DNA from: a virus
IMG/VR virus record: IMGVR_UViG_3300037010_001749
Location: 21,896 to 85,895 of that record
Direction: 5' to 3' (one strand)
DNA: 64,000 nucleotides
Below the pieces are notes generated by a model that did not search any database, was not told where the DNA came from, and saw nothing but the letters and a program-made list of their open reading frames with translations. Below, one piece after another: positions 45,267-54,651 of the stretch (position 1 is the first letter of the stretch; the number at the start of each line of letters is the position of its first letter). The position numbers and the translations under genes are program-made.

Positions 45267-45691
45267 CCATGCCCAGCGCTCGACCCGGGGCCATGACCCG
45301 GGCCCATGCCCAGCGCTCGACCCGGGGCCATGGCAAGGGCTCGACCCGGGCCCATGGCAAGGGCTCGACCCGGGCCCATGGCAAGGGCTCTACCCGGGGC
45401 CATGGCAAGGGCTCTACCCGGGGCCATGACCCGGGCCCATGCCCAGCGCTCGACCCGGGGCCATGGCAAGGGCTCGACCCGGGGCCATGGCAAGGGCTCG
45501 ACCCGGGCCCATGGCAAGGGCTCGACCCGGGGCCATGACCCGGGGCCATGCCCAGCGCTCGACCCGGGGCCATGGCAAGGGCTCGACCCGGGCCCATGGC
45601 AAGGGCTCGACCCGGGGCCATGACCCGGGGCCATGCCCAGCGCTCGACCCGGGGCCATGGCAAGGGCTCGACCCGGGGCCATGACCCGGGC
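45267..45691. repeat. Composite tandem repeat of 24-bp A, 24-bp B and 13-bp S units
   Basis: 5 A + 10 B + 5 S = 425 bp. Confidence 0.97.
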
Positions 45692-45843
45692 CCATGGTGG
45701 CCGCCGAATCCGCGCCCCAGGGAGTGTCAGGGCCCCAGGTACACTTTGCGCCATGGGCCTGGTCCTGGGCCACGGCCCTGGGCCCCTCCCCCTTCGCGAA
45801 ATTTTTGGTATCTTTTCGGCCAGTTTTGCAAGACAATACCCCC

Positions 45844-46155
45844 ATGACCATTCTGGATCGCGCTCAGCCCTACATCCCGACCCTGGAGGCCCGGGAGATC
45901 ACCATCCGCGCCCTGGCCAAGATCCTCGGATGCCACGAGTGCTACCTCTCCAGGGCACTCCAAGGGCACTTGAACCGGGTCGAAAGCAGCACCAAACTCC
46001 GCAGAAAACAAGCAAAGTTGCTCGAATCTCGCAAAGAAATGCGCCAAAGACACGCGCTTTTGGTGAAAAGCGGGGCGAAAAGCCTCAAAAAAGGCGCCGC
46101 AGACGCGAGATGCAGCGAAAGAACCATTCGGCGCTATGTTGCCAACCTATCCTGA
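45844..46155 (+). CDS. Double-HTH DNA-binding protein (packaging or regulatory)
   Basis: TIRALAKILGCHECYLSRAL and AADARCSERTIRRYV. Confidence 0.7.
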   Translation: MTILDRAQPYIPTLEAREITIRALAKILGCHECYLSRALQGHLNRVESSTKLRRKQAKLLESRKEMRQRHALLVKSGAKSLKKGAADARCSERTIRRYVANLS

Positions 46156-46157
46156 CC

Positions 46158-46613
46158 ATGGCCCTCAAAGACCACAGCCTCAGCGGCGTTCCACGTGAAA
46201 CCGCCCTCGTCAATCTCGACATCCTGGACGAGCTCGAGCTCCTCAGCCTTAGGGCCCAGATCGACAGCCGACTGAACCTAGGCACCATCCGGGAAATCGA
46301 CCTCGGCCACGAGTTGACGCTACAGTTGCGCACCGTAAAGGCCTTGCAGCAGGCCGCCAGCGACGACCTCGACACGCCTTTCGGCCAGAAGGCCCAGACG
46401 GCCATGGCTGTGCAGCGCTTGCTGCAGGACCTGGTCAAGATGCAGACCGAAATCCACAACTCCGAGTTCGCCAAGGCGCTCGAAGGTATGGTCATCAAGG
46501 CCTTCGCCCTTTGCGAGGCTGCGGCCGACCCAACACTTGCGGGCGTGCTCAAGCAGGTCAAGGACCTATTCTTCGAGCAGTACGAGTCGCTGCAGGCCTC
46601 AGCAAGTGAGTGA
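46158..46613 (+). CDS. Putative terminase small subunit
   Basis: Helical 151-aa ORF directly upstream of the large subunit. Confidence 0.55.
   Translation: MALKDHSLSGVPRETALVNLDILDELELLSLRAQIDSRLNLGTIREIDLGHELTLQLRTVKALQQAASDDLDTPFGQKAQTAMAVQRLLQDLVKMQTEIHNSEFAKALEGMVIKAFALCEAAADPTLAGVLKQVKDLFFEQYESLQASASE
46188..46201. promoter_or_regulatory. parS-like site
   Basis: GTTCCACGTGAAAC versus consensus tGTTtCACGTGAAACa. Confidence 0.6.
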
Positions 46614-48297
46614 GCACTCACTTACGCCGGCGGCAAGCCTTGCCAGGCTAAAGGCGGGCGTCTACGCCACCTATAGCCTGAGCCAGATTCCGACCTGGAT
46701 CACAGAAAAGACGTTCCTGCATGGCCGCCGGTACTCGTTCAAGGGCCACGAGTTCCAGCACCAGGTCGTTCAGGATGAAAGCCAAGAGGTCAACTGCCAG
46801 AAGTGCAGCCAGATCGGCATGACCGAGGCCCAAGCCCGGTGGAGCATGGGGATCTGCAAGGTCTTCCCCAACTTCTCGCTGATCTACACGATGCCCTACA
46901 GCAACGACGCAGAGATCCTGTGCCGGACCCGGGTCGACCCTATCATCGCCAGCAGCCCCGAGCTTGCGCAAGCGATGAACCCCGACATGAACAACTCCCA
47001 GATCAAGCAGATCGGGAACTCATTCATCTACTTCCGGGGCACCCAGGGCAACACCCAGGCCATCTCGATCCCGGCCGACTGCATCATTTCCGACGAGATC
47101 GATCGGTCATCAGCGCATATCCTAAGCCAGTACACCAGCCGGCTGACCCATAGCCCGTGGAAGCTGCGGCGCAACTTCTCGACGCCTACGATCGACGGGT
47201 TCGGCATCGCCGGCAAGATGGAGACTTCAAGGCGCTTCCGTAACGTCTGCAAGTGCCACCACTGCAGCCACACCTTCGTGCCGGACTACTATCAGCACGT
47301 GGTGATTCCCGGTTTCGCCGGCAAGCTCGAGGAAGTGACGAAGCCACTGCTGGCGCGCATCCGGTGGAAGGAGGCCAAGCTGCTATGCCCGCGCTGCGGC
47401 CAAGTGCCCAGCCTGCTACCGCAGCACCGGGAGTGGGTCCAGGAGAACACCCTGGATCTTCATGACGCCGCGGGCTACTACGTAAGCCCGTTCGACGCTC
47501 CGCTGCTCATCACCGTCACGAGCCTTGTGAAAGCGAGCACGGAATACGCCCGGCTGTCCGAGTTCAAGAACCAGAACCTGGGCATCACCGCCCAGGAGGC
47601 CGAGGATGTCCTCACGCTCGATGACTTGCGCAAGAGCCTGGTCCAGGGCGACCTCAAGGACAGCGGGCTGTACGCCATGGGCGCGGACATGGGCCTAATC
47701 TGCCGCATTGTCATCGGCCGCCTGGACGCCAACGGGGTCCTAGTGGTAGTACACCGGGAGAAGGTGCCACTGGGCAACTTCGAGAACCGGTACAGGGAAC
47801 TCACGAGCGAGTTTCGGTGCCTGATGAAGGTGTTCGACAGCCAGCCGTACGTCGACCTTGTGATGCGGCTACAGAGCCAGGACCCTAACCTCTATGCCGG
47901 CGTATTCGTCAAGAGCAAGCGGGTCGAGGTCTTCCGCGCCCAAGAACAGAAGGAAGATCCAGAGGCCGGAAAGCTGGACATGCGCCAGGTGCAGATCAAC
48001 CGAAACAAGGCGCTCGACGAGCTTGTGGGGCACATCAAACACCAGGGCCTAGCACTTCAGGCCAACCCGAACGAGGATGAGGACTATGAGAAGGAGTGCC
48101 TCGACCTCAAGCGGGTGCAGGTCCGCGATGAGTCCGGCGACCTCACGTTCAGCTGGGAGAAGTCCGCCCAGGGCAACGACCACTACCTATTTGCCACCCT
48201 TTACCTGTATGCTGCGGCCCGGCTGCGGGGCATGGCCAGCAGTAGCTTCATGCCGACCAGCATACTGAGCACCTTTGCTCTCAAACGAGACGTCTAG
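46606..48297 (+). CDS. terL: Terminase large subunit, gpA-type ATPase
   Basis: KCSQIGMTE, IISDEID, FSTPT, CHHC/CPRC, GADMG, C-terminal DHY. Confidence 0.92.
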   Translation: MSEHSLTPAASLARLKAGVYATYSLSQIPTWITEKTFLHGRRYSFKGHEFQHQVVQDESQEVNCQKCSQIGMTEAQARWSMGICKVFPNFSLIYTMPYSNDAEILCRTRVDPIIASSPELAQAMNPDMNNSQIKQIGNSFIYFRGTQGNTQAISIPADCIISDEIDRSSAHILSQYTSRLTHSPWKLRRNFSTPTIDGFGIAGKMETSRRFRNVCKCHHCSHTFVPDYYQHVVIPGFAGKLEEVTKPLLARIRWKEAKLLCPRCGQVPSLLPQHREWVQENTLDLHDAAGYYVSPFDAPLLITVTSLVKASTEYARLSEFKNQNLGITAQEAEDVLTLDDLRKSLVQGDLKDSGLYAMGADMGLICRIVIGRLDANGVLVVVHREKVPLGNFENRYRELTSEFRCLMKVFDSQPYVDLVMRLQSQDPNLYAGVFVKSKRVEVFRAQEQKEDPEAGKLDMRQVQINRNKALDELVGHIKHQGLALQANPNEDEDYEKECLDLKRVQVRDESGDLTFSWEKSAQGNDHYLFATLYLYAAARLRGMASSSFMPTSILSTFALKRDV

Positions 48298-48306
48298 GAG
48301 GACGCG

Positions 48307-48561
48307 ATGACCCAAGTACGTGCCAAATTCCGAGTCAATCTGGTGACCCCTTACCTGGACGTGGGCGGCAAGCCCAGCGGGTGGCGTATCAGCCTGGCGC
48401 CGGTCTACGACAGTAACCCGCAGTCGGAGAACGGCCAGTTCTACCAGCAGACCCCTTGGGGTGACATCACCCTGGGCACGGTCAACTCCGCGGCCTCTGA
48501 GTTTTTCAAGAGTGGCGCTGAGATCTACGTGGACTTCACCCCCGTGCAGCCGGCGGATTGA
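48307..48561 (+). CDS. Conserved small phage protein
   Basis: VRAKF.V...EN..F...TP.G.I...N...G.E.YVDFTP; AGGAGG RBS. Confidence 0.85.
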   Translation: MTQVRAKFRVNLVTPYLDVGGKPSGWRISLAPVYDSNPQSENGQFYQQTPWGDITLGTVNSAASEFFKSGAEIYVDFTPVQPAD

Positions 48562-48587
48562 CAGCCCTGCGGAGTCTGACTTAGACT
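48558..48587 (+). promoter_or_regulatory. Possible sigma70 promoter overlapped by an inverted repeat
   Basis: TTGACA-18bp-TAGACT; GCGGAGTCT/AGACTCCGC dyad. Confidence 0.5.
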
Positions 48588-48728
48588 CCGCGTCGTCGAG
48601 AGAGCTTGGGCCGTGGGTCAGCAATGTGGCCTCCCTGCTGACATCTGGACCAGCACGCCGTGGAGTCCTCCCTGCTGGTGAATAACTGAGGACCAGGGGC
48701 CACGCCCCAAGCTCTCTCGACGGCGCGG
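48588..48728 (+). ncRNA. Candidate structured RNA: 29-bp closing stem and two CCUCCC-loop hairpins
   Basis: Inverted repeats visible directly; G-U pair favours the + strand. Confidence 0.6.
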
Positions 48729-48754
48729 CGCGCCACAGGCACAATGGGGGACCC

Positions 48755-50266
48755 ATGAAGACGCCCATCGACATCTTCGAGACCCCCCTCTGGAAGGCTG
48801 CCACCTCTGTGGCACCGGTCCAGATGCCCAAGGTCAGCCCGAAGCAACAGAGCTACCCGGGCTTTGCCGTGGGACTCACAGCCAGCACGTCCGTGCTTCG
48901 CCGCGAAGACCTGGGGCTGGCCAGCACCGACATTCTGTCGTTTCGGTCAGAAGGTGATAGCCGAAAGATGCTGGCCAAGCTGGCTCGGGCCAATCCGGAC
49001 CTGGGCGCAGCTGTCAATGCCTACCTCCGGGTGGGCCTGACACAGTCGGCCAAATGCTGGGCCATCAACATGGCGGACGGCAGCTTCAACCGTGATGCCA
49101 CCATCCTTGCGCACACCCTGGTGCGCCGCTTCGACCTGGTACCCGACTACGTGGCGGACGGCTTCAGCCAGACGGCCAGCATTCGCTCTTTCGCGGAGTC
49201 CGCGGCACTTGAGATCCTGTTCAATGGCGCGGCCTGCTCCGAGCTTGTGCTGGACAAGACCCGCTTGCCTGGCAAGCTGATGCTGGTGCCTGTCGTCAAC
49301 ATCAAGTTCTACCAGGACGACAAGGGCGTCCGGCCTGTGCAACTTGTGGGCGGCCAGGAGGTTGACCTCGACTTTCCGACCATCTTCTGGACCAGCGTGG
49401 ACCAGCCGGTGCTCAGCGCCTACGCGCACAGCCCGCTGGAGGCCAGCATTCAGCCTGTGCTGGCCGACAGCGAGTATCTGAACGATCTTCGTCGCGTGCT
49501 CAAGCGCGCTGTGCAGCCGCGCCTGCAGGCCCTGATCGATATGGATGTGGCCAAGAAGATGGCGCCTCCTGAAGTCCAGGTGGACCCAGCCAAGATGGAA
49601 GCTTTCCTGGTCCAGATCCGCGCCGACGTGGAACGGACGCTGAACGGGCTGAGCCCGGAAGACGCTCTCGTGGCGTTCAACATGATCAACTTCAGCTATG
49701 TGTCAGGTGGCACGGGCGACGTGCCAGACGTCATCACGGTCATCCAGCAGCTGCTGAACGCCAAAATGTCGGCCGGGTCCAAGACGTTACCGTCTGTGCT
49801 CGGCCATGGCTCTGGCAGCCAGAACATCGCCAGCAGTGAGACGCTGCTCTTCATGAAGTCAGCCGACGGCATCGTGCGTAGCAAGCTCAACGAGATGCTC
49901 TCGAAGATGCTGACACTGGGCGTGCGACTGTTCGGCCAGGACGTTGCAGTCTATTTCGAGTACGACCCCATCCAGTTGCGGCCTGCAGATGAACTGGAGG
50001 CCTTCAAGGCCATGCAGCAGGCCAGGGTGCTGGAGCAGTTGAGCCTTGGCTTTCTGGAAGACGACATGGCGGCGATCCTCCTGACAAGCCGTGTCACTCC
50101 CAACGGCTTCAAGCCACTATCCGGCACCCAGTTTTATGGCGCCAAGTCGGTAGACCCGGCAGGCAACGGCTACTCGGGCACCAGCAACGGTGGCGCGGGT
50201 GGCGGGGCGCTGAACCAGAGCCTCAAGCCTGGCACGCCCAAGAAGGCAGGGGGCAAGTCGCAGTGA
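48755..50266 (+). CDS. Portal protein
   Basis: 503 aa after terL with a portal-like layout. Confidence 0.8.
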   Translation: MKTPIDIFETPLWKAATSVAPVQMPKVSPKQQSYPGFAVGLTASTSVLRREDLGLASTDILSFRSEGDSRKMLAKLARANPDLGAAVNAYLRVGLTQSAKCWAINMADGSFNRDATILAHTLVRRFDLVPDYVADGFSQTASIRSFAESAALEILFNGAACSELVLDKTRLPGKLMLVPVVNIKFYQDDKGVRPVQLVGGQEVDLDFPTIFWTSVDQPVLSAYAHSPLEASIQPVLADSEYLNDLRRVLKRAVQPRLQALIDMDVAKKMAPPEVQVDPAKMEAFLVQIRADVERTLNGLSPEDALVAFNMINFSYVSGGTGDVPDVITVIQQLLNAKMSAGSKTLPSVLGHGSGSQNIASSETLLFMKSADGIVRSKLNEMLSKMLTLGVRLFGQDVAVYFEYDPIQLRPADELEAFKAMQQARVLEQLSLGFLEDDMAAILLTSRVTPNGFKPLSGTQFYGAKSVDPAGNGYSGTSNGGAGGGALNQSLKPGTPKKAGGKSQ

Positions 50267-50589
50267 GCGCTCAACCCATTGTCATCGAGTGGAAGCGCGG
50301 GGACTTCTTCAGCGTCGCCTGCCAGTATCGGGATGACGCCGGCGTCAACACTGACTTCACGGCGCTTGGCATCTCGGTACGCAGCCAGGTGCGGCGGCCG
50401 GACGGAAGGCTTGTCGCCGAACTTGCTGTGGCTTCTGGCGCCACGGGGGCCTACCTCCTTGAGCAAACGACGGCCGACTGGCCTCTCGGCGACTTGCTCT
50501 GGGACATCCAGTACACGCTGGCGACGAAGCCCTTCTCGACTCAGAACATGACCATCCGCGTTTTTCGCGGCGCGACGGAGCCGAATTGA
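50263..50589 (+). CDS. Virion beta-domain protein (BppU N-terminal-like)
   Basis: KRGD.F, SQVR, T..WP.G.L.WDIQ.T. Confidence 0.6.
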   Translation: MSAQPIVIEWKRGDFFSVACQYRDDAGVNTDFTALGISVRSQVRRPDGRLVAELAVASGATGAYLLEQTTADWPLGDLLWDIQYTLATKPFSTQNMTIRVFRGATEPN

Positions 50590-51032
50590 GCACGACCGAG
50601 ATCATCGTTCGAGCCGGATCCGGGACCGCGGTCAGCCAGGTCGTCTACCAGACAGTCCTGAACCAGGCCCTGCTCATCGCCGGGCCGCCTGGGCCAGTCG
50701 GGCCGCCAGGCGGCGCCGTACCGACCCTTGCGTTCTCGTACGGAGACGCAACGCCGGAACTTGTGGCAACCCTGTTGGCCGGCCAGCGGCTTGTTGAAGT
50801 TCGGTTGTCGGTCGAGACGGCGTTCAACGGTAGCGGCGCCAGGCTATCGGTGGGCACCACGGCAGACCACAATGCTTTTGCGGACGAGTCCGTCGTGGAT
50901 CCTACGACGGCCGCGGTGTTTGAGTTCTCGCCGCAGACCGTGTTTTTGGTGGATACTCCGGTGTATCTTTTCATTACCCCTGGCAGCGGAGCTTCCGCAG
51001 GCAAAGGGAGTGTCATTCTTCAACGTCAGTAG
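50586..51032 (+). CDS. Putative virion structural protein with a short collagen-like stretch
   Basis: GPPGPVGPPG; V.TAFNG....LSVG domain. Confidence 0.6.
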   Translation: MSTTEIIVRAGSGTAVSQVVYQTVLNQALLIAGPPGPVGPPGGAVPTLAFSYGDATPELVATLLAGQRLVEVRLSVETAFNGSGARLSVGTTADHNAFADESVVDPTTAAVFEFSPQTVFLVDTPVYLFITPGSGASAGKGSVILQRQ

Positions 51033-51044
51033 GGAACCTACGTC

Positions 51045-51731
51045 ATGGGCATCTATCAGGACCTGGTTGGCACACTCCGTGCCGCTCTCAAGATCGGTGG
51101 CACCGCAGGCGTGGTGCTGAAAAACTCGGCTGGCAACCTGCTGGTCCGCAACACCGGCGACAGTGCCGACGCTGCGGTCACAGCCAGCAAGGTCAGTGTG
51201 TCAGGCGAGGTCCTGGAGTTGAACTCTGACGCCGCGGGCTCAGGCGCCGACTGGAAGACGACCATTCAGCGCCCGGCCAGCGGCCAGGCTGCTGCGCTGA
51301 CTTTGACCTTGCCGGTCAATGCGGGCACTGCCGCCCAAGTGCTGTCCACTGACGGCACGGGCGTGCTTTCCTGGGTCAGCGCTGGCTCGAATGCCTCCAG
51401 CGACAAGATGGACACGACCGGCTTGGCCTTCGGCACTGCCAGCCCTCTGACCCTGTTCAGCACAGGTGCTGCCGACATCATCGAGAAGGTTCAGGTCGTC
51501 ATTGACACGGCCTTCAACGGTGCGCCTACCCTGTCGGTTGGTGTTTCCGGCACTACCAGCAAGTACATGAGCGCCACCGACGTGGACTTGACGGCTGCTG
51601 CCGGCACCGTATTTGAGGTCCACCCAGGCCTGACCGCTGCCGGCGTCGAAGCCCTGATTGCCACCTACGCTGCTGGCGGTGCCTCAGCAGGCGCCGCTCG
51701 CATTCTCGTCTTCTTCGGCTCACCGGCCTAA
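51045..51731 (+). CDS. Putative fibre-like virion protein
   Basis: TLTLP...GT..QVL.TDG.G.LSW. Confidence 0.7.
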   Translation: MGIYQDLVGTLRAALKIGGTAGVVLKNSAGNLLVRNTGDSADAAVTASKVSVSGEVLELNSDAAGSGADWKTTIQRPASGQAAALTLTLPVNAGTAAQVLSTDGTGVLSWVSAGSNASSDKMDTTGLAFGTASPLTLFSTGAADIIEKVQVVIDTAFNGAPTLSVGVSGTTSKYMSATDVDLTAAAGTVFEVHPGLTAAGVEALIATYAAGGASAGAARILVFFGSPA

Positions 51732-51749
51732 GCGACCAGGGGCCCCTAG

Positions 51750-52097
51750 ATGGGGATCTTTCAAGACCTCCTGGGCACGCTTAGGGCGTCGTTCAAGATC
51801 GCTAAGGCCACTCTCTCGACGAGTGGCCTTACTGCTGCCCGGACGTTTAATTTTCCAGACGTTGGCGGCACTGTCGCGCTCAACTCGCAATACCGCTTGC
51901 TCATCCAGGCGACCATTGCCGAGGGTGCGACGACGCCAGACCCCGGTGCCACCGGTTGCTGGGCGTGGTCAACCACGCTCTCATCCATCGTCTTTTGGGA
52001 TGGCACCCGCTGGCGCGCAGCGACGCCCGGCATTACAGTTGGGACCACAGCACCAGCCAACCCCGCCGTGGGCCAGATCTGGGTAGATACAAACTGA
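51750..52097 (+). CDS. Putative fibre-like virion protein
   Basis: LTAARTF.FPD..GTVAL; VGTTAP.NP..G.IW.DT. Confidence 0.7.
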   Translation: MGIFQDLLGTLRASFKIAKATLSTSGLTAARTFNFPDVGGTVALNSQYRLLIQATIAEGATTPDPGATGCWAWSTTLSSIVFWDGTRWRAATPGITVGTTAPANPAVGQIWVDTN

Positions 52098-52104
52098 GGT
52101 AGTC

Positions 52105-52504
52105 ATGCCCGCGAACAAGATCCCCCGTAAAGGCTGGCAGGAAACTCGAAGGCCCGGGACCTGGTCGTCTAGAGGCAGAGAGGTCGTCACCGACGCTTCA
52201 GTACGGGAGGACCTCTGCAGTCTCATGGCCTTGATGGGCCCAGGTAACAAGGTGCAGAGCCTTGGGCAGGCTTTCGTACGGATTGGCCCGCACCTGTATG
52301 CTTGAGCCGGCTAGACAGCAGCTGGCCCGAAAGGTCAGTAGCCTTGAACGGAGATTGTCTCAGGCTGAACGGGACAGCTTCGGGGCGCTGGCCGAGTCAT
52401 TCAAAGCTGAAATCTCCCGAATCACTCACGCGCTACGGGGCATGCCGCACCAGCGCAAAACACCGAAAGCTGAACCACCATGTCACTCTCTCCCGCCCAA
52501 CTGA
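52105..52504 (+). other. Two small ORFs (52105-52305, 52298-52504), hypothetical
   Basis: GAGGT RBS; overlapping ATG. Confidence 0.4.
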
Positions 52505-53007
52505 CCACCCTGCAAGCCGCGATCCAGGCGGACCCCACGGCCAACGTGATGTTTCTGGCCCAGAACACGCCTGACCTGACGACCTGGTGCAACGCCCAGA
52601 AACCCGGGTCAACCGCGTGGGCCACGTCCATCACACCCGAGAGCCTGGACAGCGCGGCCACGTACCTGAATTTCGACTCGCTGGTTGCGGGTAAGCGGGA
52701 CTCCTGGAAGATGCTGGTGACGTTCAACCGCGACCCCTCTTTGCTGAAAATCCGCAACTGGGTTGCCGACGTGTGGGGGGCGAACGACACCGCGTCCGTT
52801 ACGGCTGACGTGCTGGCCGCCTGCACGGAGTTGGCTACGAACGCGCAGACCGCTCTGGGCCTCACACAGCCTGCCACCGTGACGGGCGCCACCCGGGTGG
52901 GCACCAGCACGCTGACGGCTGGCAAGCGCAACTTCACGGGCTCTGTGACGCAAGACGAGATCAGCCGCATGGTTGCCGTCGCCGCAGCGGCGCGCATGGG
53001 AGGCTGA
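52480..53007 (+). CDS. Putative virion-associated protein
   Basis: M.L...QL.TL.AAI.AD N-terminus. Confidence 0.7.
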   Translation: MSLSPAQLTTLQAAIQADPTANVMFLAQNTPDLTTWCNAQKPGSTAWATSITPESLDSAATYLNFDSLVAGKRDSWKMLVTFNRDPSLLKIRNWVADVWGANDTASVTADVLAACTELATNAQTALGLTQPATVTGATRVGTSTLTAGKRNFTGSVTQDEISRMVAVAAAARMGG

Positions 53008-53008
53008 G

Positions 53009-53488
53009 ATGGCTGGCGAGTTTCGCGCCCAAGGCCGGTCTATCGTGACGTTGACCACGGCTGGTGCCGCCCTGTCCAACAACAGCGCGGCGGTCGCCAA
53101 CGCCACGGCAGACCTGGATGCCCGCAACACGGGTAATGCTGGAGAGGACTTCCAGTGCGTGTTTGAACTCACCTGTCAGTGGGCGACGGTGGCGGGCATC
53201 CTCAAAGACATCGTGGTGGCGGAACTCTACTTGGTGCCTCTGCTTGACGGCACGAACCTGCCCGACATTGACCTGACGGCCGGAGCGAGCGTGCTGCCAC
53301 AGGCAACCTACGTCGGGCCGTTCGTGGCGACCAAGGCCCCCACTGTGAACGTCGATGCTAGGTTCCCGTCGCCGGTCGTTTCGCTCATGCCGCTGCTCTA
53401 CAGGCCCTACATCCAGGACCGCAGCGGTCAAGCCATTTCGGCCAACTGGACCCTCAAGGTTGTGTCGGCTCACGGTCAGTACACCTGA
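53009..53488 (+). CDS. Putative virion-associated beta-sandwich protein
   Basis: GGAGG RBS; ELYL.P.LDGTN. Confidence 0.7.
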   Translation: MAGEFRAQGRSIVTLTTAGAALSNNSAAVANATADLDARNTGNAGEDFQCVFELTCQWATVAGILKDIVVAELYLVPLLDGTNLPDIDLTAGASVLPQATYVGPFVATKAPTVNVDARFPSPVVSLMPLLYRPYIQDRSGQAISANWTLKVVSAHGQYT

Positions 53489-53491
53489 GCC

Positions 53492-54340
53492 ATGCTGCTG
53501 CCTGCCTCACCCTGGTCTCGCCAACCGACGCTGCAAAGCGGGCTGGTGCTGCGGCCGGGGATCAACTGGTCGGCGGGAATCCTTGCCCGGGACTGGACGC
53601 TGCGCAGCGGGCGCCCCACGCGCATAGGCACGGTGTCACTTGCTCGCAACGGGCAAGGGGAGGCCGCATCGTTCAGCGGCACAGGCACCAATGCCGTCAG
53701 AACGTCGATTCTTGGGGGTGTTGCGCTTGGCGCGGGCCCCCTTGCACTACTTGCCGTTTTCAGAACGCTGAACACCACGGCCGACAAGACGTTTGTCGGG
53801 CTCGGGTCAGAAACAGGGGGCACGGGCAACTCGGTTTTTGCTATTGCTTGTAGTGCGACAAACGCGGCGCAGATTCGGCTGATCGCTGGCGGCTCCAGCA
53901 GCAACGGAGATGGCGGTGGGGTCGCAGGAACGGTCATCAATGACGGCGCGGTCCACGCGGCGCTGTTGGCTGTTGACAAGTTCAGCACCTCCGTGGCCAG
54001 CAGTGCCCGGTTGTTTCTCGATGGGCGTCTTGTGCAGACGTATGCCACGCCCGCAATCGGGCTGAGCAACTACACCAGCTTGGTGTCGGGCGGGTTCCGG
54101 CGCGCAGCCACTGACTTTGCGGGAGGGGCGTGCGACGTACTGTGGGCCCAACTCCTCGTTGGCGGCGTCACCGACGCCGTCGGTAACGACTTGACGCGCA
54201 CCCCGTGGGCGAGTTTTCAACAGCCGGGCCGCCGAGGGTGGGGTCTTCCCTCTGCGGCCAGCACCCCCACGCTCTCCGCAGCCACGGTCTTCAACATCAC
54301 GTCCACGACGGTCAGACCGCGTGTGACAATCACGTTCTGA
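53492..54340 (+). CDS. Concanavalin/LamG-like putative adhesin
   Basis: INDGAVH...RLFLDG; Gly/Thr/Ser-rich. Confidence 0.55.
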   Translation: MLLPASPWSRQPTLQSGLVLRPGINWSAGILARDWTLRSGRPTRIGTVSLARNGQGEAASFSGTGTNAVRTSILGGVALGAGPLALLAVFRTLNTTADKTFVGLGSETGGTGNSVFAIACSATNAAQIRLIAGGSSSNGDGGGVAGTVINDGAVHAALLAVDKFSTSVASSARLFLDGRLVQTYATPAIGLSNYTSLVSGGFRRAATDFAGGACDVLWAQLLVGGVTDAVGNDLTRTPWASFQQPGRRGWGLPSAASTPTLSAATVFNITSTTVRPRVTITF

Positions 54341-54347
54341 GGCTCCC

Positions 54348-54641
54348 ATGGCAACTGGGCAAGGCACCGTTACCTTCGACTTTGGCTCCGCGCCAGGGAC
54401 GAACATCGTCCAGGCCACCGTGATCGGCCAAGGCGCCATCGGCGCAGGCAGCAAGGTCGATTTCTTTTTGATGGGCACGGACTCCACGGTGAACCACAAC
54501 GGTTACGAGCACGCGCTGCTCTCGCTGTTCATGGGCTTTGCCTGCATGTCCATCACCCCGGCCTCTGGGTTTGTCGCCCAGGCCATGTCGAACTTGAGGC
54601 TCACGGGCCTCGTAACCGCCCGCTTCGTCTGGGCCGATTGA
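54348..54641 (+). CDS. Putative structural protein
   Basis: GAGG RBS; GT.T.DFG. Confidence 0.65.
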   Translation: MATGQGTVTFDFGSAPGTNIVQATVIGQGAIGAGSKVDFFLMGTDSTVNHNGYEHALLSLFMGFACMSITPASGFVAQAMSNLRLTGLVTARFVWAD

Positions 54642-54651
54642 GGAGTACAAA

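Noticed and set aside
45267-45691. CRISPR array or repeat-protein gene
   Set aside because: Units abut with no unique spacers and no cas genes; ORFs in all frames are repeat artefacts and the 13-bp units shift frame
48686-48712. Hammerhead or HDV-like ribozyme in the structured element (CTGAGGA)
   Set aside because: No GAAA after stem II, and the P3/L3 geometry does not fit HDV-like folds
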